The notes under the pieces were generated by a model. It had not been told where the DNA came from and did no database searches. It saw only the letters and a program-made list of their open reading frames with translations. The position numbers were made by a program, and so were the translations under genes. From the NCBI GenBank assembly GCA_965225945.1, contig CBDDBZ010000032.1:32001-96000 (forward strand): a stretch of DNA of 64,000 nt, written 5' to 3'. Each line of letters begins with the position of its first letter. Positions within the stretch are counted from its first letter, which is position 1. This DNA is from Alphaproteobacteria bacterium. GTDB lineage: Bacteria > Pseudomonadota > Alphaproteobacteria > GCA-2731375. Positions 19,143 through 28,180 of the stretch are shown piece by piece.

Positions 19143-19687
19143 TCGCCGGCGCTGACGCCGAGCAAGGCGCCATCGTCCTCAAGGCGGTGAATTCCGAGTG
19201 GCCGCGACGCACGCGCGCAAGCCGAAAGCCGGCCGGAGACCACGTCCTGGAGCGTGACCGAGCAGAGGAACCACTCCACTTGCGCGCCGAGCGCGGCCCA
19301 CAGGTCGTGCGTCGTACATTGCCGCCCCTCGGCCAGGCAGCCGGTTTCCGCCCGCTTCCGATCACAGCGGGTGATACGGACCGGCGCTTCCACCGCGTGC
19401 ACCACGTCGGCGACCGCGATTCGCTCCGGGGCGCGCGCCAACTCGTAGCCCCCGCCCGGGCCCCGGAAGCTCCGGACCACGCCGGCGCGGCGCAAGTTTC
19501 CGAAAAGCTGCTCCAAATAGGAAAGCGATATCTGCTGGCGCGCCGCGATCTCGGCCAGCGAGATCGGACAGTTCCCATGATGGGCGGCGAGGTCCACCGC
19601 CGCCATGACCGCGTATCTCGCGCGCGTCGAACCGCGTATCTCGCGCGCGTCGAGAACCGCGTATCTCGCGCGCGTCGAAAGTTTCAC
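19139..19687 (-). CDS. iscR: Rrf2-family Fe-S regulator IscR with a 16-aa N-terminal repeat insertion
   Basis: GTG start with GGGGAAGG RBS; ISLAEIA..Q.ISLSYLEQLF and RGPGGGY; three Cys plus His ligands (RC...GC...QCTTH.LW). Confidence 0.88.
   Translation of the reverse strand: MKLSTRARYAVLDAREIRGSTRARYAVMAAVDLAAHHGNCPISLAEIAARQQISLSYLEQLFGNLRRAGVVRSFRGPGGGYELARAPERIAVADVVHAVEAPVRITRCDRKRAETGCLAEGRQCTTHDLWAALGAQVEWFLCSVTLQDVVSGRLSACARASRPLGIHRLEDDGALLGVSAGE
19608..19678. repeat. three copies of 23-bp accgcgtatctcgcgcgcgtcga in the iscR 5' end
   Basis: copies at 19608-19630, 19631-19653 and 19656-19678 (periods 23 and 25; net +48 bp). Confidence 0.93.
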
Positions 19688-19730
19688 CTGCCCCTTCCCC
19701 CCAATTTCGTCATGTGCATGGACCTGTCGC

Positions 19731-20477
19731 CTATTCGTCGCGCGTCGTCTCCTCGCCCTCGATCTCGCTACCCGGGGCCACCCATCCGGTGGCGCCCTCG
19801 ACGTTCCGTCGCTCCAATTCCTCGACCCGCATCGAGAGCGCCTGCACCCGATCCAACAGCGCGTCGGTGACACGCTGCACCGGGTCGGACAAGTCCGCGG
19901 GGGTGCCATAGGCCGCGAAGCGCTCCGACGCCTCGGTCCGGGCGCCGCCGCCCACGCGCCTGGCCGGAATGCCGACCACGGTGGCCCCCTCCGGCACGTC
20001 TTGCAGCACCACGGAGTTGGCGCCGACCCGGGCGCAACGGCCGACCGTGATCGGCCCCAGGATTTGCGCCCCGGAGCCGACGATGACCCCGTCCTTCAGC
20101 GTCGGGTGACGTTTGACGCTGCGCTGCTGGTCGGAATCGATCGAAGGCGCGATGCCACCCAAGGTGACGTCGTGGTAAAGCGTGACGTCGTCGCCGATCT
20201 CGCTGGTTTCGCCGATGACGACGCCGAGGCCGTGATCGATGAAGAAGCCCCGGCCGATACGGGCGGCCGGATGGATCTCGATCCCCGTCACCATGCGGCC
20301 GAAATAGGACAGCATTCGCGCCGCGAGGCGCCAGCGATGGCGCCAAAGGGCGTGTGAGGCGCGGTAAATCAATACCGCATGTAGACCCGGGTAGGTCAGC
20401 AGCACCTCGAGGCGGGAATTCGCCGCCGGATCGCGGGCCATGCCGGCGGCGATATCCTCTTTCAATACGTTGAACAT
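19731..20477 (-). CDS. cysE: serine O-acetyltransferase
   Basis: [32 protein letters not shown] and KRHPT. Confidence 0.95.
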   Translation of the reverse strand: MFNVLKEDIAAGMARDPAANSRLEVLLTYPGLHAVLIYRASHALWRHRWRLAARMLSYFGRMVTGIEIHPAARIGRGFFIDHGLGVVIGETSEIGDDVTLYHDVTLGGIAPSIDSDQQRSVKRHPTLKDGVIVGSGAQILGPITVGRCARVGANSVVLQDVPEGATVVGIPARRVGGGARTEASERFAAYGTPADLSDPVQRVTDALLDRVQALSMRVEELERRNVEGATGWVAPGSEIEGEETTRDE

Positions 20478-20555
20478 GACACCACCTGTTGTGCTAGATT
20501 ACAGATGCGTCCGAAGCTGCGTAAATTCGGGGCAATCTCTCGTTTGGTAGATAGT

Positions 20556-20580
20556 TTACCCGACTCGGCAGGTCAAGTAT
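20556..20580 (-). promoter_or_regulatory. type-1 IscR binding site overlapping the -35 of the cysE-iscR promoter
   Basis: minus strand ATACTTGACCTGCCGAGTCGGGTAA versus consensus ATASYYGACTRWWWYAGTCRRSTAT; contains TTGACC. Confidence 0.7.
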
Positions 20581-20661
20581 TGCCCCGGCCGGCGCTGCGT
20601 CGTGGAGCGAACGTCCACGATGCCTGAATGATGTGGAATGAGGGGTTCGAGAGACGAAGGT

Positions 20662-21312
20662 ATGCCAGAGATCATTTTCACCGGACCCGCCGGGCGGTTG
20701 GAGGGTCGATATCACCAGCACGACGAACGCACCGCCCCCATCGCCTTGGTGCTGCACCCCCATCCGCAGTATGGCGGAACGATGAACAACAAAGTCGTCT
20801 ACAACATTTACCAGACCTTCGTCGGACGAGGTTTCTCCACCCTCCGCTTCAATTTTCGGGGCGTCGGGCGCAGCCAGGGAAGCTATGACGGCGGTGGCGG
20901 CGAGTTGTCGGACGCGGCCTCGGCGCTCGACTGGATGCAAAGCACCAATTCGAACGCCAAGGGCTGCTGGATCATCGGCTATTCCTTCGGCGCCTGGATC
21001 TCGATGCAATTGCTGATGCGCCGGCCGGAAATCAGTGGCTTCATCTCGATCTCGCCGCCGGCCAACATCTTCGACTTCTCGTTTCTGGCGCCATGCCCCT
21101 CCTCGGGCCTGATCCTGCACGGCACGACGGACGAGTTGGTGCCGCTCGCGGACGTCGACAAGCTCCACGAGCGGCTGTCGCAGCAGCGCGGCATCGCGAT
21201 CGACTACCAGACCATCCGCGGCGCCGGCCATTTCTACGAGACGCAAATGGACAAGGTCGTCAACATCGTCGGCAATCACGTCGACGCGGCGCTGGCCCGC
21301 TTGGCGGCCTGA
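20662..21312 (+). CDS. alpha/beta hydrolase (alphaproteobacterial family found divergent from cysE/isc)
   Basis: GPAGRLEGRY, HPHPQYGGTMNN, RFNFRGVGRSQG, GYSFG nucleophile elbow and GAGHF. Confidence 0.9.
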   Translation: MPEIIFTGPAGRLEGRYHQHDERTAPIALVLHPHPQYGGTMNNKVVYNIYQTFVGRGFSTLRFNFRGVGRSQGSYDGGGGELSDAASALDWMQSTNSNAKGCWIIGYSFGAWISMQLLMRRPEISGFISISPPANIFDFSFLAPCPSSGLILHGTTDELVPLADVDKLHERLSQQRGIAIDYQTIRGAGHFYETQMDKVVNIVGNHVDAALARLAA

Positions 21313-21343
21313 GTCTCGGCGCCGAGCGCGAGGCATCCGGGCA

Positions 21344-22114
21344 ATGCGGATCGCCACCTGGAACGTCAACTCGATCAAGGCGCGACTGCCGCGCGTCGTG
21401 GAATGGCTCCAGGAAACGGCGCCGGACGTGGCGCTGCTGCAAGAGATCAAGGTCCAGGACGCGGCCTTCCCCGCCGAGGCGATCGAGGAACTCGGCTACA
21501 ACGTGCTCGCCCACGGCCAAAAGACCTACAACGGCGTGGCGATCCTGTCGCGGCAACCGATCGAGGATCCACTCGTCGGCCTGCCGGGCGACGAGGGGGA
21601 CGAGCAGGCCCGCTATCTCGAGGCGACGGTCGGAACGGTGCGGGTCGCGGCGATCTATCTGCCGAACGGCAATCCGGTCGAGAGCGACAAGTTCGGCTAC
21701 AAGCTGGACTGGATGGATCGCTTGAAAAAACGGGCTGAAATCCTTTTGTCTATGGAAGAAAGCGTAGTTTTAGGAGGTGACTACAACGTTTGCCCCCTGG
21801 ACCAGGACTGCTACGATCCGGCGGCTTTCGCCGACGACGCACTCTGCCGGCCGGAGACTCGTTCTCGCTTCAGCGCACTGCTCAACCTCGGCCTCACCGA
21901 GGCCTTTCGCGCCCAACATCCGGGCGAAATCGCCTACAGCTTTTGGGACTACCAGGCCGGCGCCTGGCAGAAGGACCACGGTCTGCGCATCGATCATCTG
22001 CTGCTGAGCCCCGAGGCGGCCGACCGCCTGCTCGAGAGCGGCATCGACAAGCGGCCCCGGGGGCGCGAGCGACCTTCGGATCACACGCCCGTCTGGTGCG
22101 AACTCGCCGACTGA
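21344..22114 (+). CDS. xth: exodeoxyribonuclease III
   Basis: MRIATWNVNSI, LQEIK, YNGVAI, GDYN, GLRIDH and SDH. Confidence 0.95.
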   Translation: MRIATWNVNSIKARLPRVVEWLQETAPDVALLQEIKVQDAAFPAEAIEELGYNVLAHGQKTYNGVAILSRQPIEDPLVGLPGDEGDEQARYLEATVGTVRVAAIYLPNGNPVESDKFGYKLDWMDRLKKRAEILLSMEESVVLGGDYNVCPLDQDCYDPAAFADDALCRPETRSRFSALLNLGLTEAFRAQHPGEIAYSFWDYQAGAWQKDHGLRIDHLLLSPEAADRLLESGIDKRPRGRERPSDHTPVWCELAD

Positions 22115-22124
22115 TCGCCGCCTC

Positions 22125-23366
22125 TCACGCCGTGGGGTCGAGCCCGAGGGGGAAGCTATTGAGCGTCTCCGCTCCGGTCTCGGTGATCACCACCTGATCC
22201 TCGAGCTTTACCCCTTCCTTGCCGCCCTCGCGGCCGATGAAGCTCTCCACGCACATGGTCATGCCCGCCACCAGCACGCCGTCGTAACCCTTTTCCGCGA
22301 AATCCTCCCGGTGCTTGATCGAGGGCCACTCGTCGGCCAGGCCGACGCCATGCATCAGCACGGTATAGCGGCGGGCGGCATATTCCTCCGGCACGACGTG
22401 GGACGCCTCGACGATCTCGCGGAACGTCATGCCGGGCTTGAGGATCGCCACGTTGTGCTGGATCTGCGCCAGCGCGCGGGCGTGAAGCTCGCCCTGGTCC
22501 GCCGTCGGCTTGCCGCCGCAGATCCAGGCGCGGCTGAAATCGGCGCAATAGCCGTAGGGGCCGATCAGATCGGTGTCGAAACTCACCATTTCGCCGCGCC
22601 CGATCGGGCGCATCGAGCACTCGCGAAACCAGGGGTTGGTCCGGGGGCCGGCCGACAGCAGCCGAGTTTCGATCCACTCGCCGCCGAGCCGAATGTTGAC
22701 CTCGTGCAGCTTGGCCCAGAGCGCGTTTTCCGTGATGCCGGGCTCCAACGCCCGCCACATCGCCCAACTGCCCTCCTCGGCGACGCGGATCGATGCCCGC
22801 ATCAATTCGAGTTCCTCGGCCGACTTCAGCGCCCGGGCGCGTTCCGCAACGCATTCGCCCTCGACGACCTTGATGCCCTTCGCGGCCAGTGCCTCGAAGC
22901 CCAAGATCCCCAGCCGGTCGACGCCGAGCCGCCGGTCGCCGTGACCGTGCTTGGCCATGAGATCGGCGATCTGGTCGGCGAAGAGACGGGCCTGCTCCTC
23001 GGAGCGGTCGCCGGCGGCAAAATGATAGTGCGACGCCAGTACCCGGTATTCGTCGATGGTGGGGAGATCCTCGGCGAGATGGGGGTGATTGGAGAAATCG
23101 AACAGGACGCAGGGTCCCTCGGCCGCGACGAAGACGCAGCGCGTCTCGTAGTGCGAGCACCAGACCTGCATGTTGGTGGCGTCGGTCGCGTAGCGGGTGT
23201 TGATCTGGTTGAAGAAGAGCGCCGCCGGCAGCCCTTGGCGCTTCAACTCGGCGCGGATCCGCCCCACCCGCTCCATCCTGACCGCGTCCAGGTCGATCGG
23301 TGGCGTCGTGTATTCCATAGCGCCATGCTGGCGCGGCGTGCGAACGGCTGCGGGTTCGACTTGCAT
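22125..23366 (-). CDS. dddP: M24 metallopeptidase-fold protein, DddP-like (putative DMSP lyase)
   Basis: RYATDATNMQVW, GGEWIETRLL.AGPRTNPWF.EC, FDTDLIGPYGYCAD.SR, RY...MHGVGLADEWP, CVES and VKLEDQ recalled as DddP-type motifs; start uncertain. Confidence 0.68.
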   Translation of the reverse strand: MQVEPAAVRTPRQHGAMEYTTPPIDLDAVRMERVGRIRAELKRQGLPAALFFNQINTRYATDATNMQVWCSHYETRCVFVAAEGPCVLFDFSNHPHLAEDLPTIDEYRVLASHYHFAAGDRSEEQARLFADQIADLMAKHGHGDRRLGVDRLGILGFEALAAKGIKVVEGECVAERARALKSAEELELMRASIRVAEEGSWAMWRALEPGITENALWAKLHEVNIRLGGEWIETRLLSAGPRTNPWFRECSMRPIGRGEMVSFDTDLIGPYGYCADFSRAWICGGKPTADQGELHARALAQIQHNVAILKPGMTFREIVEASHVVPEEYAARRYTVLMHGVGLADEWPSIKHREDFAEKGYDGVLVAGMTMCVESFIGREGGKEGVKLEDQVVITETGAETLNSFPLGLDPTA

Positions 23367-23539
23367 CGGCGTTTACCTCCCGAGGTCCATACTTAATCCG
23401 GTCCAGTCCACCGTCCACTGCGTCAGCGACAGATTTGGTCGCGAATTCGCCATGCGTGGGCATCCGGCCGGCAATGGATCACGCGACCCCGCCTCGGCTA
23501 TGCTATGGTAGATCCCGAGACCATGAGCGAGGCAGGCAA

Positions 23540-24436
23540 ATGCTGATCAAGGATGTCTTGAAGTATCCGGCGCGGGCGATGTCGGAGGCGAAGCGCGAAC
23601 AGTTCGTCGAGGAAGGCTGTTGCGTGGTCGAAGGCGTGATCCCGCCCGAGTGGGTGGCGCGCGTGAAGGCGGCGATGGCCGAAATGATCGAGGCGAGCCG
23701 CGCCGTCGCCGAGAACGACGATCGTTTCATCTTGGAGAAGGACCATTCGGCACAGACGCCCAGGCTGCGCCGCCTCAACAGCCCGGTGGCGCATCACCCC
23801 GAGTTCTGGGAATTCGCTTCCCGATCGCCCTCCGCCGACGTCGCCGCCGACGTCTGCGGGCCGGACGTCAAATTTTACCATTCCAAGCTCAACTTCAAAT
23901 GGCCCGAGGGCGGCCACCGCTTCGACTGGCACCAGGACATCCCGGCCTGGCCGCACACCGACTACAGCCCCGTCACCATCGCCCTCTTCATCGAGGATTG
24001 CGGACCGGAGCAGGGGCCGATGCTGGCGATCCGGGGCACTCACAAGGGCAAGCTCCACTCGATGTACGACGCGGAGCGGAACTGGACCTTGAAGATCCCG
24101 GAGGAGAACATGCCCGCTGGCTGGCGCGACGACATGGTCGCCTTGAGCGGACCGGCCGGCTCGCTGGCGCTGCTCAACTGCCGGGTGATCCACGGCTCCG
24201 AGGCCAACCAGTCGGAGCGCATGCGCCCCTTGTTGTTGAACGTTTACAGTTCGGCCGATTCCTTCCCCTATAGGGTGCAGCCGCTGCCGAGCCCTCGAGA
24301 CGGCGCCATCGTGCGGGGCGGGCCCGCCCGTTATTCGTGCCACGATCCGCGCGGCTGCGAAGTGCCGCCCGACTGGTCCGGGGGCTATGTCGGCCCCTGG
24401 GCCTACCAGAACCGGGAGAAGGCGGCGGCCGAATAA
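23540..24436 (+). CDS. phytanoyl-CoA dioxygenase (PhyH) family Fe/2OG enzyme
   Basis: SKLNFK, WHQD facial-triad motif and HGS.AN.S..R. Confidence 0.88.
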   Translation: MLIKDVLKYPARAMSEAKREQFVEEGCCVVEGVIPPEWVARVKAAMAEMIEASRAVAENDDRFILEKDHSAQTPRLRRLNSPVAHHPEFWEFASRSPSADVAADVCGPDVKFYHSKLNFKWPEGGHRFDWHQDIPAWPHTDYSPVTIALFIEDCGPEQGPMLAIRGTHKGKLHSMYDAERNWTLKIPEENMPAGWRDDMVALSGPAGSLALLNCRVIHGSEANQSERMRPLLLNVYSSADSFPYRVQPLPSPRDGAIVRGGPARYSCHDPRGCEVPPDWSGGYVGPWAYQNREKAAAE

Positions 24437-24830
24437 TACCAACCGACGTAAGTCCCGGCCGGCCTTTTTTTGATCGCCGCCCGCGCGACGCGCCAGGGGA
24501 GCGGGGCGGCCGGGGCTAAAATGCGCCGAATTGCCGCGCGACATCGCGGATGACGACGTTTTCGAGCGCGTTTATAATGCGATCCGAATATTCCAAATAC
24601 CATCAAGATATTGAAATTCAACGCCGTTCCCGCTTCGCCGCGGCCCGGCCGAATGTCGTTCTGCAAAAAACGCCTCTCGGGCCTGAAAAACCTTAATACC
24701 GCATATATAGAAACAAGTGTTTTCCGCTGCTACGGTTGTATTTTGACACCAGATTTCCTACCTGGGGGATTATTGCCGCGATCGAAATTTCTTATCGACG
24801 AGTCCAGCCCTTGTCCGAGCCATCGCGCTG

Positions 24831-25601
24831 CGAGCCGAGCCCACCCGTGCCCCGGCGGCTGAACGCGACGCGCCACGGTCTCGCCGGCGCCGCGCCGGTG
24901 CTGCCCTGGGAGAACGCGGAGCAGCGCGCCCGAGCTCCTGGAGCAGCTTCGTGGCGAGCACGCCCCCGCCGGAGCGACGGAAAGCCATCTGGTCGAGGAG
25001 CTGGCGGACATCCTCTGGCGCCGCCGCCGGCTGCGCCGCGCGGAGGACGCGGCGCACCACGACCGCCTGCGGCGGATGACTTCGGACGGGGCCTCCCACG
25101 TCAGCTCCGGCGAGTTGGCCTGGCTGGCGACGCCGCTGCTCCTGGTCTCGGACACCTCCCGCGTCGCGCCGGGCGCCGTGCGCGCCGCCCCGCCTGGACC
25201 AGGCGGGGCGGCGCGACGCGCTGGCCGCGCTCGACGCCCGGCTCGAGGCGGCGCGCGCGGCCGGGCGCTACGCCGAGGGCGCGCGGGCCACCGAGGGCGG
25301 CATCGAGCGGCGTCTCGATCGGGCCTCGCGCGAGGCCTGGTATCGGGCGGCGGCGGAGACCCCGTGCGACCCTGGGGCCGAGCCGTCGCTCTTCGCGTGG
25401 CTGCACGAGACGCTCCTGCCGGCGCTCGACGCCCGCCGCGCCGTGCTGGTGCATGGCGATCTGATCCGCGACCACCTCTTCGCCAGCGCCCTCGACGAGG
25501 CGGCGCTGGAACGGCTGTAGCGCCATGACGCCACGCTCGACCGCAGGTTCGAGCGCACGCTCTCCATGCTGGTCAAGCTGAAGGCGCTGCGCGCGGCGTA
25601 G
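24831..25601 (+). pseudogene. fragmented hypothetical protein of a mobile-element-associated family
   Basis: pieces in different frames: RLNATRHGLAGAAPVLPWE / EHAPAGATESHLVEELADILWRRRRLRRAE / LERL*RHDATLDRRFERTLSMLVKLK; frameshifts plus an in-frame TAG. Confidence 0.6.
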
Positions 25602-25788
25602 ACGATATTCGGGATCATGGGATCGGCTCCGAACGCGCTCGTGCGGGTCGGCGCCTGCGATTCGACGTTCGAGACCTGGGACCCCAGTCTTGGATGCCCA
25701 AATCCCGAGTGAAGGTGGTGGTGTCGGCCGCCCCTTCCAGGCATTACGGTGACAGTGCACTCAATTGACCTGGGTTCCACAATCTGAC

Positions 25789-26709
25789 CATGGTACACGA
25801 CGGCATTTACGTAGGACGTTGAAAAGGTTGTAGGATTCCCGATTCACTCCACGACGAGTCAAGAGGGAAATCATGCGAGACAACCCGATCAACGCCCTGC
25901 GTGAGACGCTACGATGCGGCTTCGCCTTTCGCAAGAGCCGTCTGGAGAGCCTTTGCGTCTTGGTCTTCGGCGTGTTCGTCGCCCGGACGGTGAACCTCTC
26001 TCACTTGGCCTGCCACTTTCCGGGGCGCGCGCGATCCAGCTCCAACTATCGGCGCCTGCAACGGTTTTTCGAGCAAGTCGATTTCGATTACGATCGCCTC
26101 GCCGAGTTCCTGGTCGCGATGATGGGGCTCCAGGCGGGGCCGTGGCGGCTGACCATGGACCGGACCAACTGGCGGCTGGGTCGCCGCGACGTCAACATCT
26201 TGATGATCGGCATCGTCAACCGCGCCATCGCCATTCCCGTGTGCTGGCGGGTGCTCGACAAGGCGGGCAATTCCAATACCAAGGAGCGGATCGCGATCCT
26301 CGAACACGTCCTCCGGCTCTTCGGGGTCGACAAGATCGCCAGCCTCCTGGCCGACCGGGAATTCATCGGCGACGCCTGGCTGGCATGGTTGCAGGAAAAG
26401 GCCATCCCCTTTCACATCCGCATCCGATCCAACATCAAGATCGCCAACACGCGTGGTCGCATGGTCAAGGCGAGGGAGCTGTTTCGCGACCTCAAACCCG
26501 GGGAAAGCCGCATCCTCTCCAACGCCAGGCGCCTCTCGGAGGCCAGAAAACCCAAGGCCAGGCCCGTCTTCGTCGCCGCGCTCCATCTCAAGACCGGCGA
26601 ACTGTTGATCGTCGTGACCAACGACGCGCCCGAGGAGGCCTTGGCCATCTACGCCCAGCGCTGGCAAATCGAGACCCTCTTCGCCGCCTTGAAAACCCGT
26701 GGCTTCAAC
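25789..26709 (+). mobile_element. IS4-family element copy A, truncated by insertion of the IS1595-derived cassette
   Basis: left IR catggtacacgac; matches the intact copy at 46462-47684 up to ...ggcttcaac; transposase from 25873 truncated after LKTRGFN. Confidence 0.92.
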
Positions 26710-26795
26710 CTTGCCTATCCGGTTATCACCCACACCCACTATATGTAGTGTGCACCCATTTTCCTGAGTAAAGCTCGGTGCAGGTCGAAGCGGAG
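26710..26795. mobile_element. partial end (about 86 bp) of the IS1595-derived cassette
   Basis: cttgcctatccggttatcacccacacccactatatgtagtgtgcacccattttcc... matches 42959 onward; cut by IS256. Confidence 0.92.
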
Positions 26796-26836
26796 GATTG
26801 AGCAACCTGATGTGTGGAAATTCGGAACGCCGTTGA

Positions 26837-28048
26837 TCAGTCATCCTCTGCTTTCCAAGTGATGTAGGGTTTTTCGGTGGTTTCCCATTTCTCGTCGATT
26901 TCGACGAGGATGGCGGTGACCAGACGTTCGAGCGAGGCCTCGTTGGGAAAGACCCTGACCTTTACGGTGCGGCGCTTGATCTCCTGCTGGATGGATCGCT
27001 CCATGGGGTTCGAGGTTCGCATGCGCTTTTGGTGGCGCTCGGGCAGGGCGAAGACGGCGAGGCCCTCGGGGATCGCCGTCTCCAGCCAATCGGCGAGCTT
27101 GGGGGCGCTGTCGCGGTAGGCCGCCACCAGATGGCCCAGCTCGGCCTCGGCGGCCTTGCCGTCGGCGGCGTTCCAGACCCGGCGCAGCTCCTTGCCGATG
27201 GCCTTTCGGATGGCGAGGTTGGGGGCGTGATGGATGGCGTTTTGAGCCAGATGGTACTGACAGCGCTGCCAGACGGCGCCGCCGAGGACGGCCTTGCGCG
27301 CGGCGCCGAGGCCTGGATGATCATCGGAAACGATATAGGCGACACCGCGCATGCCACCGGCAACCAGGGTCTCCAGGAAGGCGCGCCAGTGCACTTCGGC
27401 CTCGGAGAGCGCACAGGAAACACCGAGCACCCGGCGGCGCTGGTCGGGGCCGATGCCGATCACCGAGAGCACGGCGGCGTCGCGCACCACGCCACCCTCT
27501 CGGACTTTCTCATAGCGCGCGTCGAGGAGCAGGTAGCGGATCTCGCCCAGCGGCCGGTTGCGCCAGGCATCCAGCTCCCCATCCAAGAGCTTGGCGGCGC
27601 GGCTGACCTGGCTCGACGACAGGCTCTCCAGGCCGAACTCGCGCATCACCGCCTCGGCGTCACGGGTGGAGACGCCTTTGATATACATCTCCGCCACGGC
27701 CAGCATGACAGCGCGGCAGGAGCGCCGTCCGCGCTCCAGGGCTTGGGGGTAAAAAGGCGCCTCATGACCGGCGGTCTTGGGAACCTCGAGCCTCACCGTA
27801 CCGGCCGGGGTGTCGATCTTCTTGGGTCTGGTGCCGTTGGCGTATCCCCGCCGCTCGGGCGTGCGCTCATAGTGGCCGGCGCCCAAGAACCTCTCCCGCT
27901 CGATCCGCATGGCGAGATTGAAAAGGCCGGCGAAGACCGTCGCCATGTTCTCGCTACCGCCTTCGATCAATTGTTCCACCAAAGCCTCGACAGCGCTATC
28001 CTGGTCTTTCCGCATACTGGTTCTCCATGTTTGTTTGGACGCTTTCAT
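26837..28048 (-). CDS. IS256-family transposase
   Basis: MYIKGVSTR, LLLDARYEKVR, IVSDDHPGL, WQRCQYH and RTSNPMER. Confidence 0.95.
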   Translation of the reverse strand: MKASKQTWRTSMRKDQDSAVEALVEQLIEGGSENMATVFAGLFNLAMRIERERFLGAGHYERTPERRGYANGTRPKKIDTPAGTVRLEVPKTAGHEAPFYPQALERGRRSCRAVMLAVAEMYIKGVSTRDAEAVMREFGLESLSSSQVSRAAKLLDGELDAWRNRPLGEIRYLLLDARYEKVREGGVVRDAAVLSVIGIGPDQRRRVLGVSCALSEAEVHWRAFLETLVAGGMRGVAYIVSDDHPGLGAARKAVLGGAVWQRCQYHLAQNAIHHAPNLAIRKAIGKELRRVWNAADGKAAEAELGHLVAAYRDSAPKLADWLETAIPEGLAVFALPERHQKRMRTSNPMERSIQQEIKRRTVKVRVFPNEASLERLVTAILVEIDEKWETTEKPYITWKAEDD

Positions 28049-28067
28049 GGATAACCAAAATGACGGA

Positions 28068-28103
28068 TCGCCCCGCGCCGGGGTATACCCCGGCGCGGGG
28101 CGA
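28068..28103. repeat. 36-bp perfect palindrome in the IS256 leader (also at 31282-31317)
   Basis: tcgccccgcgccgggg-tata-ccccggcgcggggcga. Confidence 0.9.
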
Positions 28104-28150
28104 AGCCAAATTTCCAGACCTCACGCTACACAAGCCTCCGGGGGGGGGGG

Positions 28151-28180
28151 CGGTCATGTGGGTGTCTTCGAGGTTGAAGC
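28151..28180 (-). pseudogene. 30-bp inverted fragment of the IS4 transposase continuing copy A
   Basis: reverse complement gcttcaacctcgaagacacccacatgaccg equals the sequence following the breakpoint in the intact IS4. Confidence 0.85.

Larger units (their letters stand above)
26793..28138 (-). mobile_element. IS256-family element type 1, copy A
   Basis: imperfect IRs gaggattgagcaacctgatgtgtggaaatt and gaggcttgtgtagcgtgaggtctggaaatt; no flanking direct repeat. Confidence 0.9.

Noticed and set aside
19608-19678. 23-bp repeats as a mini-CRISPR
   Set aside because: The spacers are only 0 and 2 bp and the unit is iscR coding sequence.
24450-24472. Rho-independent terminator after phyH
   Set aside because: A T-run is present but the preceding ggccggcc gives no proper stem-loop.
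25518-25520. In-frame TAG (also 10047-10049) as pyrrolysine or stop recoding
   Set aside because: The 24.8-25.6 kb gene also has frameshifts, other genes here end in TAG normally, and no pyl machinery is visible.
28140-28150. Poly-G tract as a phase-variation site
   Set aside because: It lies at an IS rearrangement junction outside any gene or promoter and may be a sequencing artefact.
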